A program made the translations under genes and the position numbers. Below are positions 13,972 to 26,395 of a stretch of 64,000 bases of DNA, one piece after another. The notes under the pieces are model-generated. The model had not been told where the DNA came from. It was given only the letters and a program-made list of their open reading frames with translations, and searched no databases. Source of the stretch: Antedon mediterranea (taxonomy: Eukaryota > Animalia > Echinodermata); the NCBI RefSeq assembly GCF_964355755.1, contig NC_092673.1, positions 15,782,948 through 15,846,947 of the forward strand, written 5' to 3'. Position 1 is the stretch's first letter; each line of letters starts with the position of its first letter.

Positions 13972-16015
13972 AATAGAATAACTGTACAGTAGGCTCCCAT
14001 TTGATGCAATGTGTTACCCAATGTGCTCAATTTGATTGTGCTACCCAAATCCATGCTATCCATTTGAAATAATTTGCTATCCATTTGAAAGAATGTGCTA
14101 CCCGATAATCCGTATAGAATAATGTACAGTACAATTATATCCATTTGATTGTGCTACCTAATGTGCTATCCATTTGAAAGAATGTGCTATCCATTTGAAA
14201 GAATGTGTTACCCGATAATCCGTATAAAATAATGTACAGTACTATATCCATTTGATTGTGCTACCTAATGTGCTATCCATTTGAAAGAATGTGCTACCCG
14301 ATAATCCTTATAGAATAATGTACAGTACTATATCCATTTGGCTGTGCTACCTAATGTGCTATCCATTTGAAAGAATGTGCTATCCATTTGAAAGAATGTG
14401 CTATCCATTTGAAAGAATGTGCTACCCGATAATCCGTAGGCTATAGAATAATGTACAGTACAATTATATCCATTTGATTGTGCCAAATAATGTGCTATCC
14501 ATTTGAAATAATGTGCTACCCGATAATCCTTATAGAATAATGTACAGTACTATATTCATTTGATTGTGCTACCCAATGTGCTATCCATTTGAAATAATGT
14601 GCTATCCATTTGAAATAATATGCTATTTGAAAGAATGTGCTACCCGATAATCCGTATAGAATAATGTACAGTACAATTACATCCATTTGATTGTGCTACC
14701 TAATGTGCTATCCATTTGAAATAATGTGCTATCCATTTGAAATAATGTGCTATCCATTTGAAAGAATGTGCTATCCATTTGAAAGAATGTGCTACCCAAT
14801 AATCCGTATAGAATAATGTACAGTACAGTACTATATCCATTTGATTGTGCTACCCAATGTGCTATCCATTTGAAAGAATGTGCTATCCATTTGAAAGAAT
14901 GTGCTACCCGATAATCCGTATAAAATAATGTACAGTACTATATCCATTTGATTGTGCTACCTAATGTGCTATCCATTTGAAAGAATGTGCTACCCAATAA
15001 TCCTTATAGAATAATGTACAGTACTATATCCATTTGGCTGTGCTACCTAATGTGCTATCCATTTGAAAGAATGTGCTACCCGATAATCCGTAGGCTATAG
15101 AATAATGTACAGTACAATTATATCCATTTGATTGTGCTACCTAATGTGCTATCCATTTGAAGTAATGTGCTACCCGATAATCCTTATAGAATAATGTACA
15201 GTACTATATCGATTTGATTGTGCTACCCAATGTGCTATCCATTTGAAATAATGTGCTATCCATTTGAAATAATGTGCTATTTGAAAGAATGTGCTACCCG
15301 ATAATCCGTATAGAATAATGTACAGTACAATTACATCCATTTGATTGTGCTACCTAATGTGCTATCCATTTGAAATAATGTGCTATCCATTTGAAATAAT
15401 GTGCTATCCATTTGAAAGAATGTGCTATCCATTTGAAATAATTTTCTATCCATTTGAAAGAATGTGCTACCCGATAATCCGTATAGAACAATGTACAGTA
15501 GGCCTACTATATCCATTTGACTGTGCTACCTAATGTGCTATCCATTTGAAATAATGTGCTACCCGATAATCCTTATAGAATAATGTACAGTACTATATCT
15601 ATTTGATTGTGCTACCCAATGTGCTATCCATTTGAAATAATGTGCTATCCATTTTGAAATAATGTGCTATCCATTTGAAAGAATGTGCTATCCATTTGAA
15701 ATAGGCCTAATGTGCTATCCATTTGAAAGAATGTGCTACCCGATAATCATAGAATAATGTACAGTACTATATCCATTTGATTGTGCTACCTAATGTGCTA
15801 TCCATTTGAAAGAATGTGCTATCCATTTGAAAGAATGTGCTATCCATTTGAAAGAATGTGCTACCCGATAATCCGTATAGAATGCACAGTACAGTTATAT
15901 CATAGTTATATCCATTTGATTGAACTATCTATTGTGCTATCCGTTTGAACTAATGTGCTGTCTGTTTGAAATAATTCAGGTTTTTTTTTTAATATGTTTT
16001 GCTATCCATTTTAAC
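13972..16015. repeat. Composite satellite: 21-bp unit (tgtgctatccatttgaaa[g/t]aa) x1-5 alternating with a ~65-bp unit
   Basis: Directly visible; variant markers recur at ~650-700 bp (e.g. ccgtaggcta at 14437 and 15091). Confidence 0.92.
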
Positions 16016-18224
16016 GTGCTAAACAAGTTACATATTTGTTGATATAAATTTGCGGTACACCACGTAGGCCTATATTAGTTCTGAAAAGAACTGTTGAGTT
16101 GCTTGACGTTTCGATTTAGGCCTACTCCAAAGTCAAAGTCTCCAAAGCTATTCCATCATGTCGTATTCGGGGAATCGCCCACAAGTGTTTTCTCAGAGAA
16201 GGGTATGTTCTGTATGGGGTTCTGTATGCTATTTGTTAATAATGTACAAAAAATGAAATAAAAAATCCTATAATTATCGGTATGTACGGAGGAAGCTCGA
16301 ACAAGACGAAGCGCGAAACAAATAAAAGCGCAGCGCGAAACATCTGAAATGATATACAATTTCTCAAAACATGAAAACACAGAATATATTATATTAATAT
16401 AACTTTTTAATATTTCCAAAGGCTCGGACAAGGAAGAAGGGCCTTAAAAAACTGAATTGCTATATGTTAGACCACATTTCCATAACTTTTCAAAACTCAT
16501 CGAACCCTCTGCTAGTAGGCCTAATTAATATAGGAGCGTATCGCCAAATCATTAGAGAAAAAAAAACATGGCATGAAGATGTAATTAATCAAACAACGGC
16601 CAAAGAATACCAACAATTTTAATTTAGGTTTCGATTCGTAATTACTAATGTGGTGGACTAAGCCTAGTTTGAAACTATAGTGACCATTTATTTTAGAAAG
16701 AAAGATAGACAAATTTGTTTCCATCTCCATGTTATTGTTAATACCAAGGCACTTTTCAATTAAAAATTCTGGCCTAGTATTCTTGCAAGGTCGTCACAGC
16801 TCCAGTTACAAAGGTCGTCACAGCTCCAGTTACAAACGGTGATACAAAGTGTCAATCATTTGACCATTGAACAGCCCACTGGTAGGATAGTCCTTGAAAC
16901 CGTCCGTAAAACACATTAATCACTCACATCAGTCATGCCGCTAATGGTTGAAAACCTCACTTTTTGGGGTTTTCAAACGTAACGCTATCCGGGGCTCCTG
17001 CGCCTAATGAACTTTTGTTTTAAAATTAAAAATCACAATTTATAACTCTTGCCTCTTGTACAAACATGATGTTTTTTGGACAAGTAGTTCTCGAGAAAAT
17101 GCAATTTCAGTACACTTGTTACTTTAAAACTGCTCGCCGGCTTTTGAAAATTGTCTCCTATCTTTTAACACTAGCCGGACTGACAATAATATCATTTTTA
17201 TTATTTGTGAAGTTATTAATAAACCAATTTTGTTGATTTTCAATAGGCATGGTCTGAAGGTATATACCTATCTACACCCAAAAATTTAGAACGATAACTT
17301 GAAAACTGTAGGCGCCATCGTGCTAACAAACAAACATACAAACATACAAACAAAGTGAATACTATACTTGGCAAAATTCTTTTTTGCCAAGTAACAAACA
17401 AACAAACATGCTACCAATTACATATACCTCATTGGCGGAGGTAAATAATGCTACGTCAGTAAAAGTTGTAAAAAGCTAGTAAATGATCATAAAAAAAACT
17501 CATTATAACATGATTTAAAATGATAATATTCAGTATTTTTATATGATTTCAAATACCCATTTTGGTTATACTAGCGCACATTGATAATGGATTGGATACT
17601 ATTAAAAAATCAGTGAGAAGTTTACCACTGTGCGCTAATATACTATTTTGCAATGAAATTATTACATTATTTTCTGCATAAACTGACGAAATACTCTTTA
17701 AAGATATTTTGAATGTGTTTTACAATACAGAAGATTACATTGAAATGACCTTCTGTGATAGTATTGACATTTATCATTTTTCAATTAATTGTTTAAAAAA
17801 TACTGAATAATAACACGCTATTAAAATATTTTATTGACTGTGAAGCAAATTCAATTTATAGAAATTAATAGGCAGATGAAAAATATTTCATTGAAATACA
17901 ATGATACTTTAAAATATCAACATACATAATATGTATGTTGTCTAAAAAATGAATAACGAACTTGAAAAAAATTTAAGTTTGACAAATAATTATTTGGTAA
18001 TCATTAAAAATAGAGATACAGTCAGACCTAAGAGACAAGTTATTATTATTAATATTATTATATCTGATATTGTATGTTTCTTAATAGAGCGACATGTCAG
18101 TTTTCAGAATTTTACACATTTCTGAAAACTAAAAAAAAATTTAAAAGTAACGTAAAGTCATTTGCTACAACAACAAGTAGATATTAGTATGATGCGGTTT
18201 TGAAACTGCATTATTGGAAAAGTC

Positions 18225-18745
18225 TGGTATTATCAACAGTAACTGATTTTCCAATTACAGACCTATATCAAACCTACCTTTTCTCTCAAAGTCTCTTGAA
18301 AGAATTGTTTCATTCAAGTTTTCTAATCATATCTTTGAACACAAACTTTTTCCAGTTTCACTGTCAGAATACTGTATGGGTCACAGTGTTGAAACTGCAC
18401 TTATTCGATTGCACAATGGCATCATACAAGCGCTTGATAATGCTGGCATCTCCTTGATTTTTCAAGTGCATTTGATAATGTTAAGCACAGCATACTTTTG
18501 ACCTTGCTATCATCTCTTTTCGGAGTTAGTGGCACGGTCTTAATATATTGGTTTGGATCGTACCTATGTGATCGTCAGGTCTCTGTAATTATTCGGGAAA
18601 CATCATCTCAGTATAAGCACTGTTTGGGGTGTTCCCATGTAGCGTTCCGTCTGCTTCCTCTAAACATCTATTAACAGTGCCATCTCTTCAGCACAAAACC
18701 AAACCATACGGTCAACGTTCCTTTTCCTTTCAAGCACACAATGCC
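18225..18745 (+). pseudogene. Degenerate L2/CR1-group LINE ORF2 (reverse transcriptase) fragment
   Basis: Frame-broken motifs NYRPISNLPFLSKSLERIV, GHSVETAL, DFSSAFD, WFGSYLCDRQ, GVP, then C-terminal LLTVP...YGQRSFSFQA. Confidence 0.8.
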
Positions 18746-21700
18746 TTTGATAAATTTTTTAATTGGTTGTATATCAATTTCTGTTTGTTATCATTATTAA
18801 TGAGGTATATCACAGGATGTCTTTTATGTAGACAACTATGCAATACCTCAACAAACTTTTAAATAACAACTACAAAATAATGTATCATTCCTATTTTACT
18901 TTATTCAAAAGTACCTGAGGATATTGGTATATTGATTAATCTTTATGACTTGTTATTTTATAGAGAAAAAAACCAACGTAGATTGTGGCTAATTTGTCTG
19001 TCTTTTTGTATTACACTCTACATACAGTATTGTTCAAATGTTTTTGAAAAACATTCATTATAGCTTAGCAACATTCTACATGATGTATAAATGCTACCCT
19101 TGGGGAAAAGGTTAATTTAATGTGAAGCTATTATTAACTGTGAGTAGATCCATATGCTGTATACATATAATATTACACCTGTCTAACTAACAATGTTGCA
19201 CCTGCATTTTGTTACCAGTACAGTATAATGTTGGTTTAGAAAACAAGGAGTTTTTAGTATCGGAGCACGGTATGATACACTACTGTATCACCAGTTCATA
19301 TTGTAATGATAAATGTAAATTAATTTTATGATTGATCTGGCTGTTGACATGAATGTTCGATAATCTAGTGGAGGAATCCGGCTCCTTTTATTCTATTATA
19401 ATATGTTAATCCTGCATTTAATGTCTATGAATATCATGATTATAAACATGATATAATACAGTACTTGCTAAAAATGTTTTGCTTGTCTGCTTTCTAATAA
19501 AATTGTGAATCATGACGTGATCAACAGCAATAATTAATGATATATTCAAAATACAATAGAACCAAGCAAAATGTCCCCTTTAAATTAGGTGTTGGTCTTG
19601 GAATATATATTGATTGTTTGACAGGAAAGTGTCCCCTTAATAGGAGTCTCTTCTGAATAGAGGTTCTACTCAGCTATAAAGTTGTATTTACACTTTTCAT
19701 TTGATTGAAAGATTATGGGTCATATGGCATGCAATAGTATACAAATAATGAATGTTTATGAGTGTAATGATACAAATAATAGCATTGAGTTGATATATAA
19801 CCTTGAATCATTTACCAAATGCCATTATTTGTACCCTTACACGAATATAAAACATTCATTATTTGTTTTTTAACATCTAAATAGATTCCTGTCATTTGAA
19901 TAAAAAAAAAAGGGTAGGCCTAGCAAAGGCCTACATTTGATTCACATTGATTAAAACAGTAACATTTGGTTTTTAATAATATATTCAATTTTATATTAAT
20001 AAACACACCTACTGTAGCTAAAATGCTTAGGCCTAGCCTAATACTAACAGGCCTAGGCCTACTACTGTACGAGAGGCTGAAAGCTGAAAGGCAGCACCAA
20101 ATACGAAACTTTGACAGGCAACTGAAACTCATCTAGGCTAATTATGTTATTTCCAACGATTCCACGTCTTGTAGAGATGTTCCCATTAATGAATGGGATT
20201 GATTTAATTAATTAAATCCTAAAAATGATCTAAAGCTAATTTAAATGCTTTATTGATCTAAATTAGTACATATATCTCTCCAAATATGTACTTCCATCGT
20301 GAAACCAGTCATGACATTCAATATTCACGGCGAAAGTACAAAATAGGTGGTGCTGTTGTATTTCAAAAGCATAGTATAAAAAAAAATATTTTCCTATTAT
20401 TATTATTATTATATTATCCTACATATTCCTATTTTCCCGCCTATTTTTAAACAAACATCTTTTACTACACCAAAGAGTTTTGATTGTTAGAATGTGTTGT
20501 CACGGTTGTTACCCAAATGGTGATTGGTTTCCATGTGCTCGAGTTCGTAACATTTTAAAGTGCTTATGGCACCCTTGACTTTATTATTGATAACTGTTGT
20601 TTGTACATATTGTAATGTAGCCTGACAGCTTTAGTGAATTCTTGATATTTGGTATGAAGCTACTGTAGTCTGGGTTCCAGACGGAGTTTTGTCTTAATAT
20701 TAGTTAAAAGATAAATATTTTGGCACAGATGGCGTTTCATACGTATACTACTTGATTTTGGATACTCCGTCTGGGGAAACACGCACAAGTCACGTGGTTT
20801 GACACCAAGAATTCTTGGTGCATACGATTATCCGGTTGACTAGTTTCAGCTGCATGCGATTGGCTACTCACTCGTACACCGTGTAAATATTCATATTTCA
20901 GAATTTCAAAGACTAACAACTAAGATGATGCGCATGCGCTATGTTACGTTTAGACAATGTGTACTTGGGTACATTTATGAAAGTTCTGAAGGCTAGAAAT
21001 TATTTTATATGCCTAGTAGTAGTCTGGTAAACATTTGATGGGATCTTTGAAACATGAAAACTCGTCTTGATATATGATAAGCTAGCTTCTCCGCAAATCA
21101 AACATTGAATGGATCATTTAATTATTACGCGGAGATAATTTTGATTTAATTCCCACCGAGACCCTGTCCTGTTCAGTGTGGTGGTGTAGCCCTGTTGTGT
21201 GCCGGTGGTATGTAGGCCTACTTCATTGGCGTTTTATTTGGCAGGTCATACGTGCGAGTTGAGTAGGACCTACGAAAGAGGCCTAGGCCAAGGACTAAAC
21301 AATTAATAAACAAAACAACTTGGCATTACTATTTTATATTTCAACAGTCTCGATCGTACATAAGCACTGGTAGGCCTACGTACTCGATCTCTTTCATTTT
21401 GAAACAAAATGATCATTGGTTGATTCGAAATCCATATTTACATACCGCCCGCCCCATATAGCCAAATACGGTATGATAACCTACGTCATTCTTATCGTAT
21501 GTTTGCGGTCTGCAAATCGATTTCTATACGTGTTTCACAAGTCTGTATTTTCAGACAAAAATCGCGGTCGAAATAAAAACAAATAAATTAAAAAAAAAGA
21601 TAATACAGACTTGGGGCAAGTCTAGTATGAAGCATACATCTTGATTAAATGTCCTAGGTTAATTTATAATCTATTTTCATCAACTTTTCTGAATTCTAAA

Positions 21701-24700
21701 ATGGAAAAAGATAGATAGTACTCATGAACTTATTATTAAATGCCTCCTAACCACAATTTGTGAATGTTATTAGAAATGTAACAGAAACTGTAACAGTGAA
21801 TTTTTTAGATACTACGGCAACGTCTTGTGTAATTTTAAATGAATATTGAATGCATACCCTACAGGAAAGCCTCATAATCATAGCATAATTGGAGATATCT
21901 CTAGAGGTGGTCGGTATGAAGCAATTGATGCGCTGTCATGACACGCATTACGCTAAAATGCGGTCACGCATCTTGGATAATAAATGTTCCAGTGGCATGT
22001 CGGGCATTGGTAAAGAGTTTATTTTATTTTAAATTGCAGTTTTATGTGTTATGGGTTATCAGTAAAGAAAAATGGTTGATAATTGATCATGCTTGTAACT
22101 ATCCTACTATTCCCTGGAGTGTATTCTCGTAGGACTTTTGATTATAAACTGTAACTATGATTTAGTAAAACACTACATTCAACCTTTCAAACACGGAAAT
22201 TAATATCGTAAAATTTGTCTACAGGATTTTCGTTTTTCCGTTATCGTCATTATCATCCATCTATGTACAATACAAATAATATTTGCAAAGGTTGAAAGGT
22301 GAACTGGTCAATTCAACTTTTAATATTATTCAACTCTATCTATGTTCAATAGATCAGTTCAAAAGCATTCTCTACATTTAAAAAAAAACAAAAGATGTAT
22401 TCATTATGTGGATTGTAACCCTTCGATTGTGGTCATATTTTAGACAAATAACATTTCCTATTAGCACTTCAACAAAAACATTGATTTAAATTACAGTTCG
22501 TTAATTGTAAGTTCTTTTACCTGGAGGATGTTAAAATGAGAATCAGAGACTGCAAATAGGGTGTTTAAATGGATATTTCTCTTAATGATATTCACATTTT
22601 GGTTGTAGCCTTTGCTACTTTAATAGATGCAAACTATAGATATATGAACTTAGAACAATTATCAGAGCTTAATATAATTTAACATTAAACTGTTTTGTTG
22701 GTCGTCCTTTATGTCTCTTGCTTTGGGCATACAAAAACAAACCATCTTAACTTGTGTTTATATCTTCTGTAGGATATAATAGTCTGTTCACCTCGTTCAA
22801 TGTAGTTCAAACAGGATATGCTGAAATAGAGTTCATATAATGAAATGAGATATGGTTAATAAGAAATGAAAAAAAAATATGAACATGTGTATCAAATTTG
22901 TTAATTTATTTATGTATTCACCCTCTTGAATATTTAAGAAAGGTAAAAATTCACTTTGATAACCTTAAAATCAAATACAAAAGAATATTGCATGATAATC
23001 AAAGTTAGGAATGTAATGATATTGATTTTTATGATTCAGCTCTGCACAATTGAATAGAACAATCAGGTTTCCAACGATAAAAATATTCTCCTCATTCAAC
23101 AAATACAAATTATTTATTTATTTAAAAAAACATTCACTATTCTACATAAATAAATAAATCTGATTAACCTGCCACGTTTTGAATCAAATGTTGAATGCTA
23201 GGCCATGCAAAAGTTAGACAACATGAGCAGAGAAGGTGGCGTACTCTACAGGTGGCGTGTAATATTCAAACCTACTCAATATTGAAAATAAAAATCTGTT
23301 GATGCATAATACATTTTTGAAATGGGAGAAAACAATACAAAATCAACTTACCAAATGGTTATATTGTAAATGTCAATATTCAAAACTTGTCAACAACAAA
23401 AATAATATCTGCAATCACAAACTTTTTTTTTATTTTAAGATTTGAATATTTAATACTCTAGAGTTCTGAAACTTTAGTAAAAGTAGTTTTGTAGTTTTCT
23501 TTAAAATAGCAAATGCGTTTAAGTGCTTTGCTTAACAGATGTTTTAGCATCATAATAAATAGCCGAAAATAGATTTTTCTGCCTTCTATTTCAGTCGATA
23601 CTGACACTGACAGTATTTTGTCATCAGTCGTACTAATGTCATTTGTTTTCTTTCTCCACCTCTCTTTATTTCTATTTTTTCCTCACTTTTCTAGAATTTA
23701 TGTTGCCTTTTTTTAAATTCTTTCCATATTAGTATTTAAAGTCATTTTGTTATCCCATATGGATGCGTGCAACAATGTTGTGTAACTAACAAACATAACA
23801 CACTGCCTAAGTGGGGGAAATCGGGGAATTTTGGATCCAAGGAGGCAGATGGATGGAATGCAATATTCAATTTTTTCCAGTACAATTCCAGTCATTCATA
23901 TTTAATGTATGGAAGTGTGTTGTATCAACAATTTGTATACCGTAACCAACTAATGTACAAACTCTCTATCTTGTAAAATATCTTGCTAGAAGCTAAGATT
24001 GTCTTGAAGACCCCAAAAATACATACAGTACAAAACAAACTGAATGATTTGACAGTTATATATGTCTTTATTTACATGTTAAATGTTTTTTTTAGTCTTT
24101 TCTAGGTTAAATAACCATTGATATTAAATTTCTTTCCTTTTTTTCAAAACTCTTTACTATAACTAAATGATATCTATCCATGATATTATAATACTTGTGT
24201 ACTAGTTTAAATAAGGTATGGCGGACACTTTAAGTCCAATGAGAATGTAATAAGGCTGTTGATATACACAACAATTGTTTACAACTGCGAATTCCATCAA
24301 TCATGGATTAAATAAAGCACAAACATTGCCGGCTCCTTTCTACAATTGGTTTATAACAAATGTATTTTACGATTACAGACTCTCATTCTGTTGATATAAA
24401 TCATAAACTAGAAGCATTGTGCTGCGTACTCTCATGTAAACAATGTTTTGATTATCTTCTCTTCGTGTTTTGTATATTGAAGGCTTAAAATACACTTAAT
24501 CAAATTGTAATATTAACTTGCAATAGATATTAATAATGTATTAATTCTGTTTGATCACATGGTTTTAAATATATTCTATTTACATATGAATAGAATATAT
24601 CTATATATTTGTCATATGGAATATTAGTATTGAGATAAAGATTAAATTGCTTTTAAAAACAGTATTGTTTGTGTAGTTTTGTGGTAACTAAACACTAAAC

Positions 24701-26055
24701 AAACAGAGTGTTAGGTTCAATCTTTAACAGTATCAAGTTGGTTTTAAAAAATGTGGGTTTATTCCACTCCTTATCGATCCTGTAATTAAAGAGGTGAAGA
24801 AGTGGAAAAAATAATAGATTACATCAGAATTAAGAAAGATAAGAAAGAGTGGAACCAATAATATATAATTCAAAAACTTTCACGCCATAAATGAGTTTTT
24901 GATTGGATCCGTTATACACATCTTAACAATGGAAATCTACAAATTACTTTTGTTATGTTTTCATTATATCTACTATAATGTAGTCTTAATTACATTTGGT
25001 ATACATTGTGGGATTTGCTTCTCATAATTAAAGGCATTAATCAATATATCTTGAATATGACATAAAATATGAAAGATATCATATTACTTACAATAATTTA
25101 ATGATATAATTAAAGCGTGCATATTCCCTCTATTCATGTTATTTTTCATTAAAAGTACAAACATTCCTCATCTATCTCAATCTCGTGTAATATCCTGTAT
25201 AAGTTTAATCACTGTAGACATCCGTAAATAGCAAATACATAACTTTAGTCTCATGGTCTAATAAGGGATTATGTCAAAATGTTTTTACTATAGTTACTGC
25301 AGTAGAAACTTTTTAATACTTAAATTTTATTTTCCACACCTCCCACCTGGGATGTGGATTTACTGCAATAAACAATGTGTATTATTATCTTTATTTGCAT
25401 TAACTTTAACATAAATTGACATTATCCCTAAATAAACGTGTAGCAGATTAAATGATAAATTATATAAAGATGAAATGTTGTTTTTCCATTATTTTGCCAT
25501 CCTCCTACTCCTCCCTATTCCACATGCTGCACATTGCCAGATCCCGGTGATACATCCTAGACACCTTTGGTAAATTATTTAAAACAACAATAACACCTTC
25601 AGATTGTTGCCATGGATATAACGTGTTTGATAATGAAGCATTCTAATTACTGCACCTCATTGTTATTTATAAGCTACTGTACAGCGCAGTTTTTTGTCCA
25701 ACCCGTAGACAATGCCTCAGTGTATCACATACATATTATTATGTTGCGTGACAGATATATTTGATATACACTCCACCCTTTCCTTTTCTAACACTAATTT
25801 TGTTATGCTCTATAAATACAGTACAGTCTTGATAATGACCAAAATGGAATACTGGACTTATATGCCTACACAGAGTAATCTTAATATATTCAATTAATGT
25901 CTACACTTCCTCATCACTTTACTCCTACCACTTCCTAGAATGTAGTTTCTCGCATTGTAAATCCTCCCCCCATCCCCCCCCCCCCCCAATTTCCAGAACT
26001 CTTACCTATATGCACAATTTTTTTTAATAACAATCAAATATTCATGTTCTTTCAG

Positions 26056-26162
26056 AATACATCCATGGCTACTACCGTGTTAGAGCTGTGGACTACTGGT
26101 CTAGAGCTGGTGAGTTCTCACTTCCAATCGAGGTTAAACAACAAAAGATTACAAGTTACTGA
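26056..26162 (+). CDS. IDUA: Alpha-L-iduronidase, terminal coding exon
   Basis: ttctttcag|AA TAC...TAC TGA; (E)YIHGYYRVRAVDYWSRAGEFSLPIEVKQQKITSY* resembles human GSYRVRALDYWARPGPFS; phase 1 fits the previous exon across a 15.4-kb intron. Confidence 0.9.
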
Positions 26163-26395
26163 GCTATAGACCAATCGGCTGTGGACTTCTGGTATAGAGC
26201 TGGTGAGTTCTCACTTCCAATCGAGGTTAAACAACAAAAGACTACAAGTCCCTGAGCTATAAATGAATCGGCTGTGGACTACTGGTATAGATCGGATGAG
26301 TTCTCACTGGCAATTGAGGTTAAACAACAGAAGTCCCTGAGCTATTATAGACCAATCAGCTGTGGATTTCTGGTATAGAAGTTAACAACAGAAAC
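26085..26395 (+). repeat. 93-bp tandem repeat spanning the IDUA stop codon (about 3.4 copies)
   Basis: gctgtgga starts at 26085, 26178, 26271 and 26359. Confidence 0.9.

Larger units (their letters stand above)
13002..17004. mobile_element. 4.0-kb non-autonomous DNA transposon, perfect 27-bp TIRs, TA target duplication
   Basis: TA|GGCGCAGGAGCCCCGGATAGCGTTACG ... CGTAACGCTATCCGGGGCTCCTGCGCC|TA; it interrupts the element B core; no transposase ORF. Confidence 0.85.
12511..17394 (-). mobile_element. Non-autonomous Helentron (HINE-like) element B, inserted in the microsatellite of element A
   Basis: Left hairpin cactcagaaactgagtg plus TACTTGGCAAAA; right TACTTGGCAAAA-ttctt-TTTTGCCAAGTA (17365-17393) beside (CAAA/CATA)n; core 12899-12998 plus 17015-17180 is homologous to 12085-12360. 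Confidence 0.65.
11878..17444 (-). mobile_element. Non-autonomous Helentron (HINE/DINE-1-like) element A, split by nested insertions
   Basis: Subterminal inverted repeats TACCTCCGCC (11902-11911) and GGCGGAGGTA (17434-17443), terminal hairpin cactccgagagtg, (CAAA)n microsatellite; an uninterrupted relative lies at 54523-54950. Confidence 0.65.

Noticed and set aside
13972-16015. Repeat/spacer-like alternation in the composite satellite
   Set aside because: The intervening segments are themselves near-identical repeats, not unique spacers.
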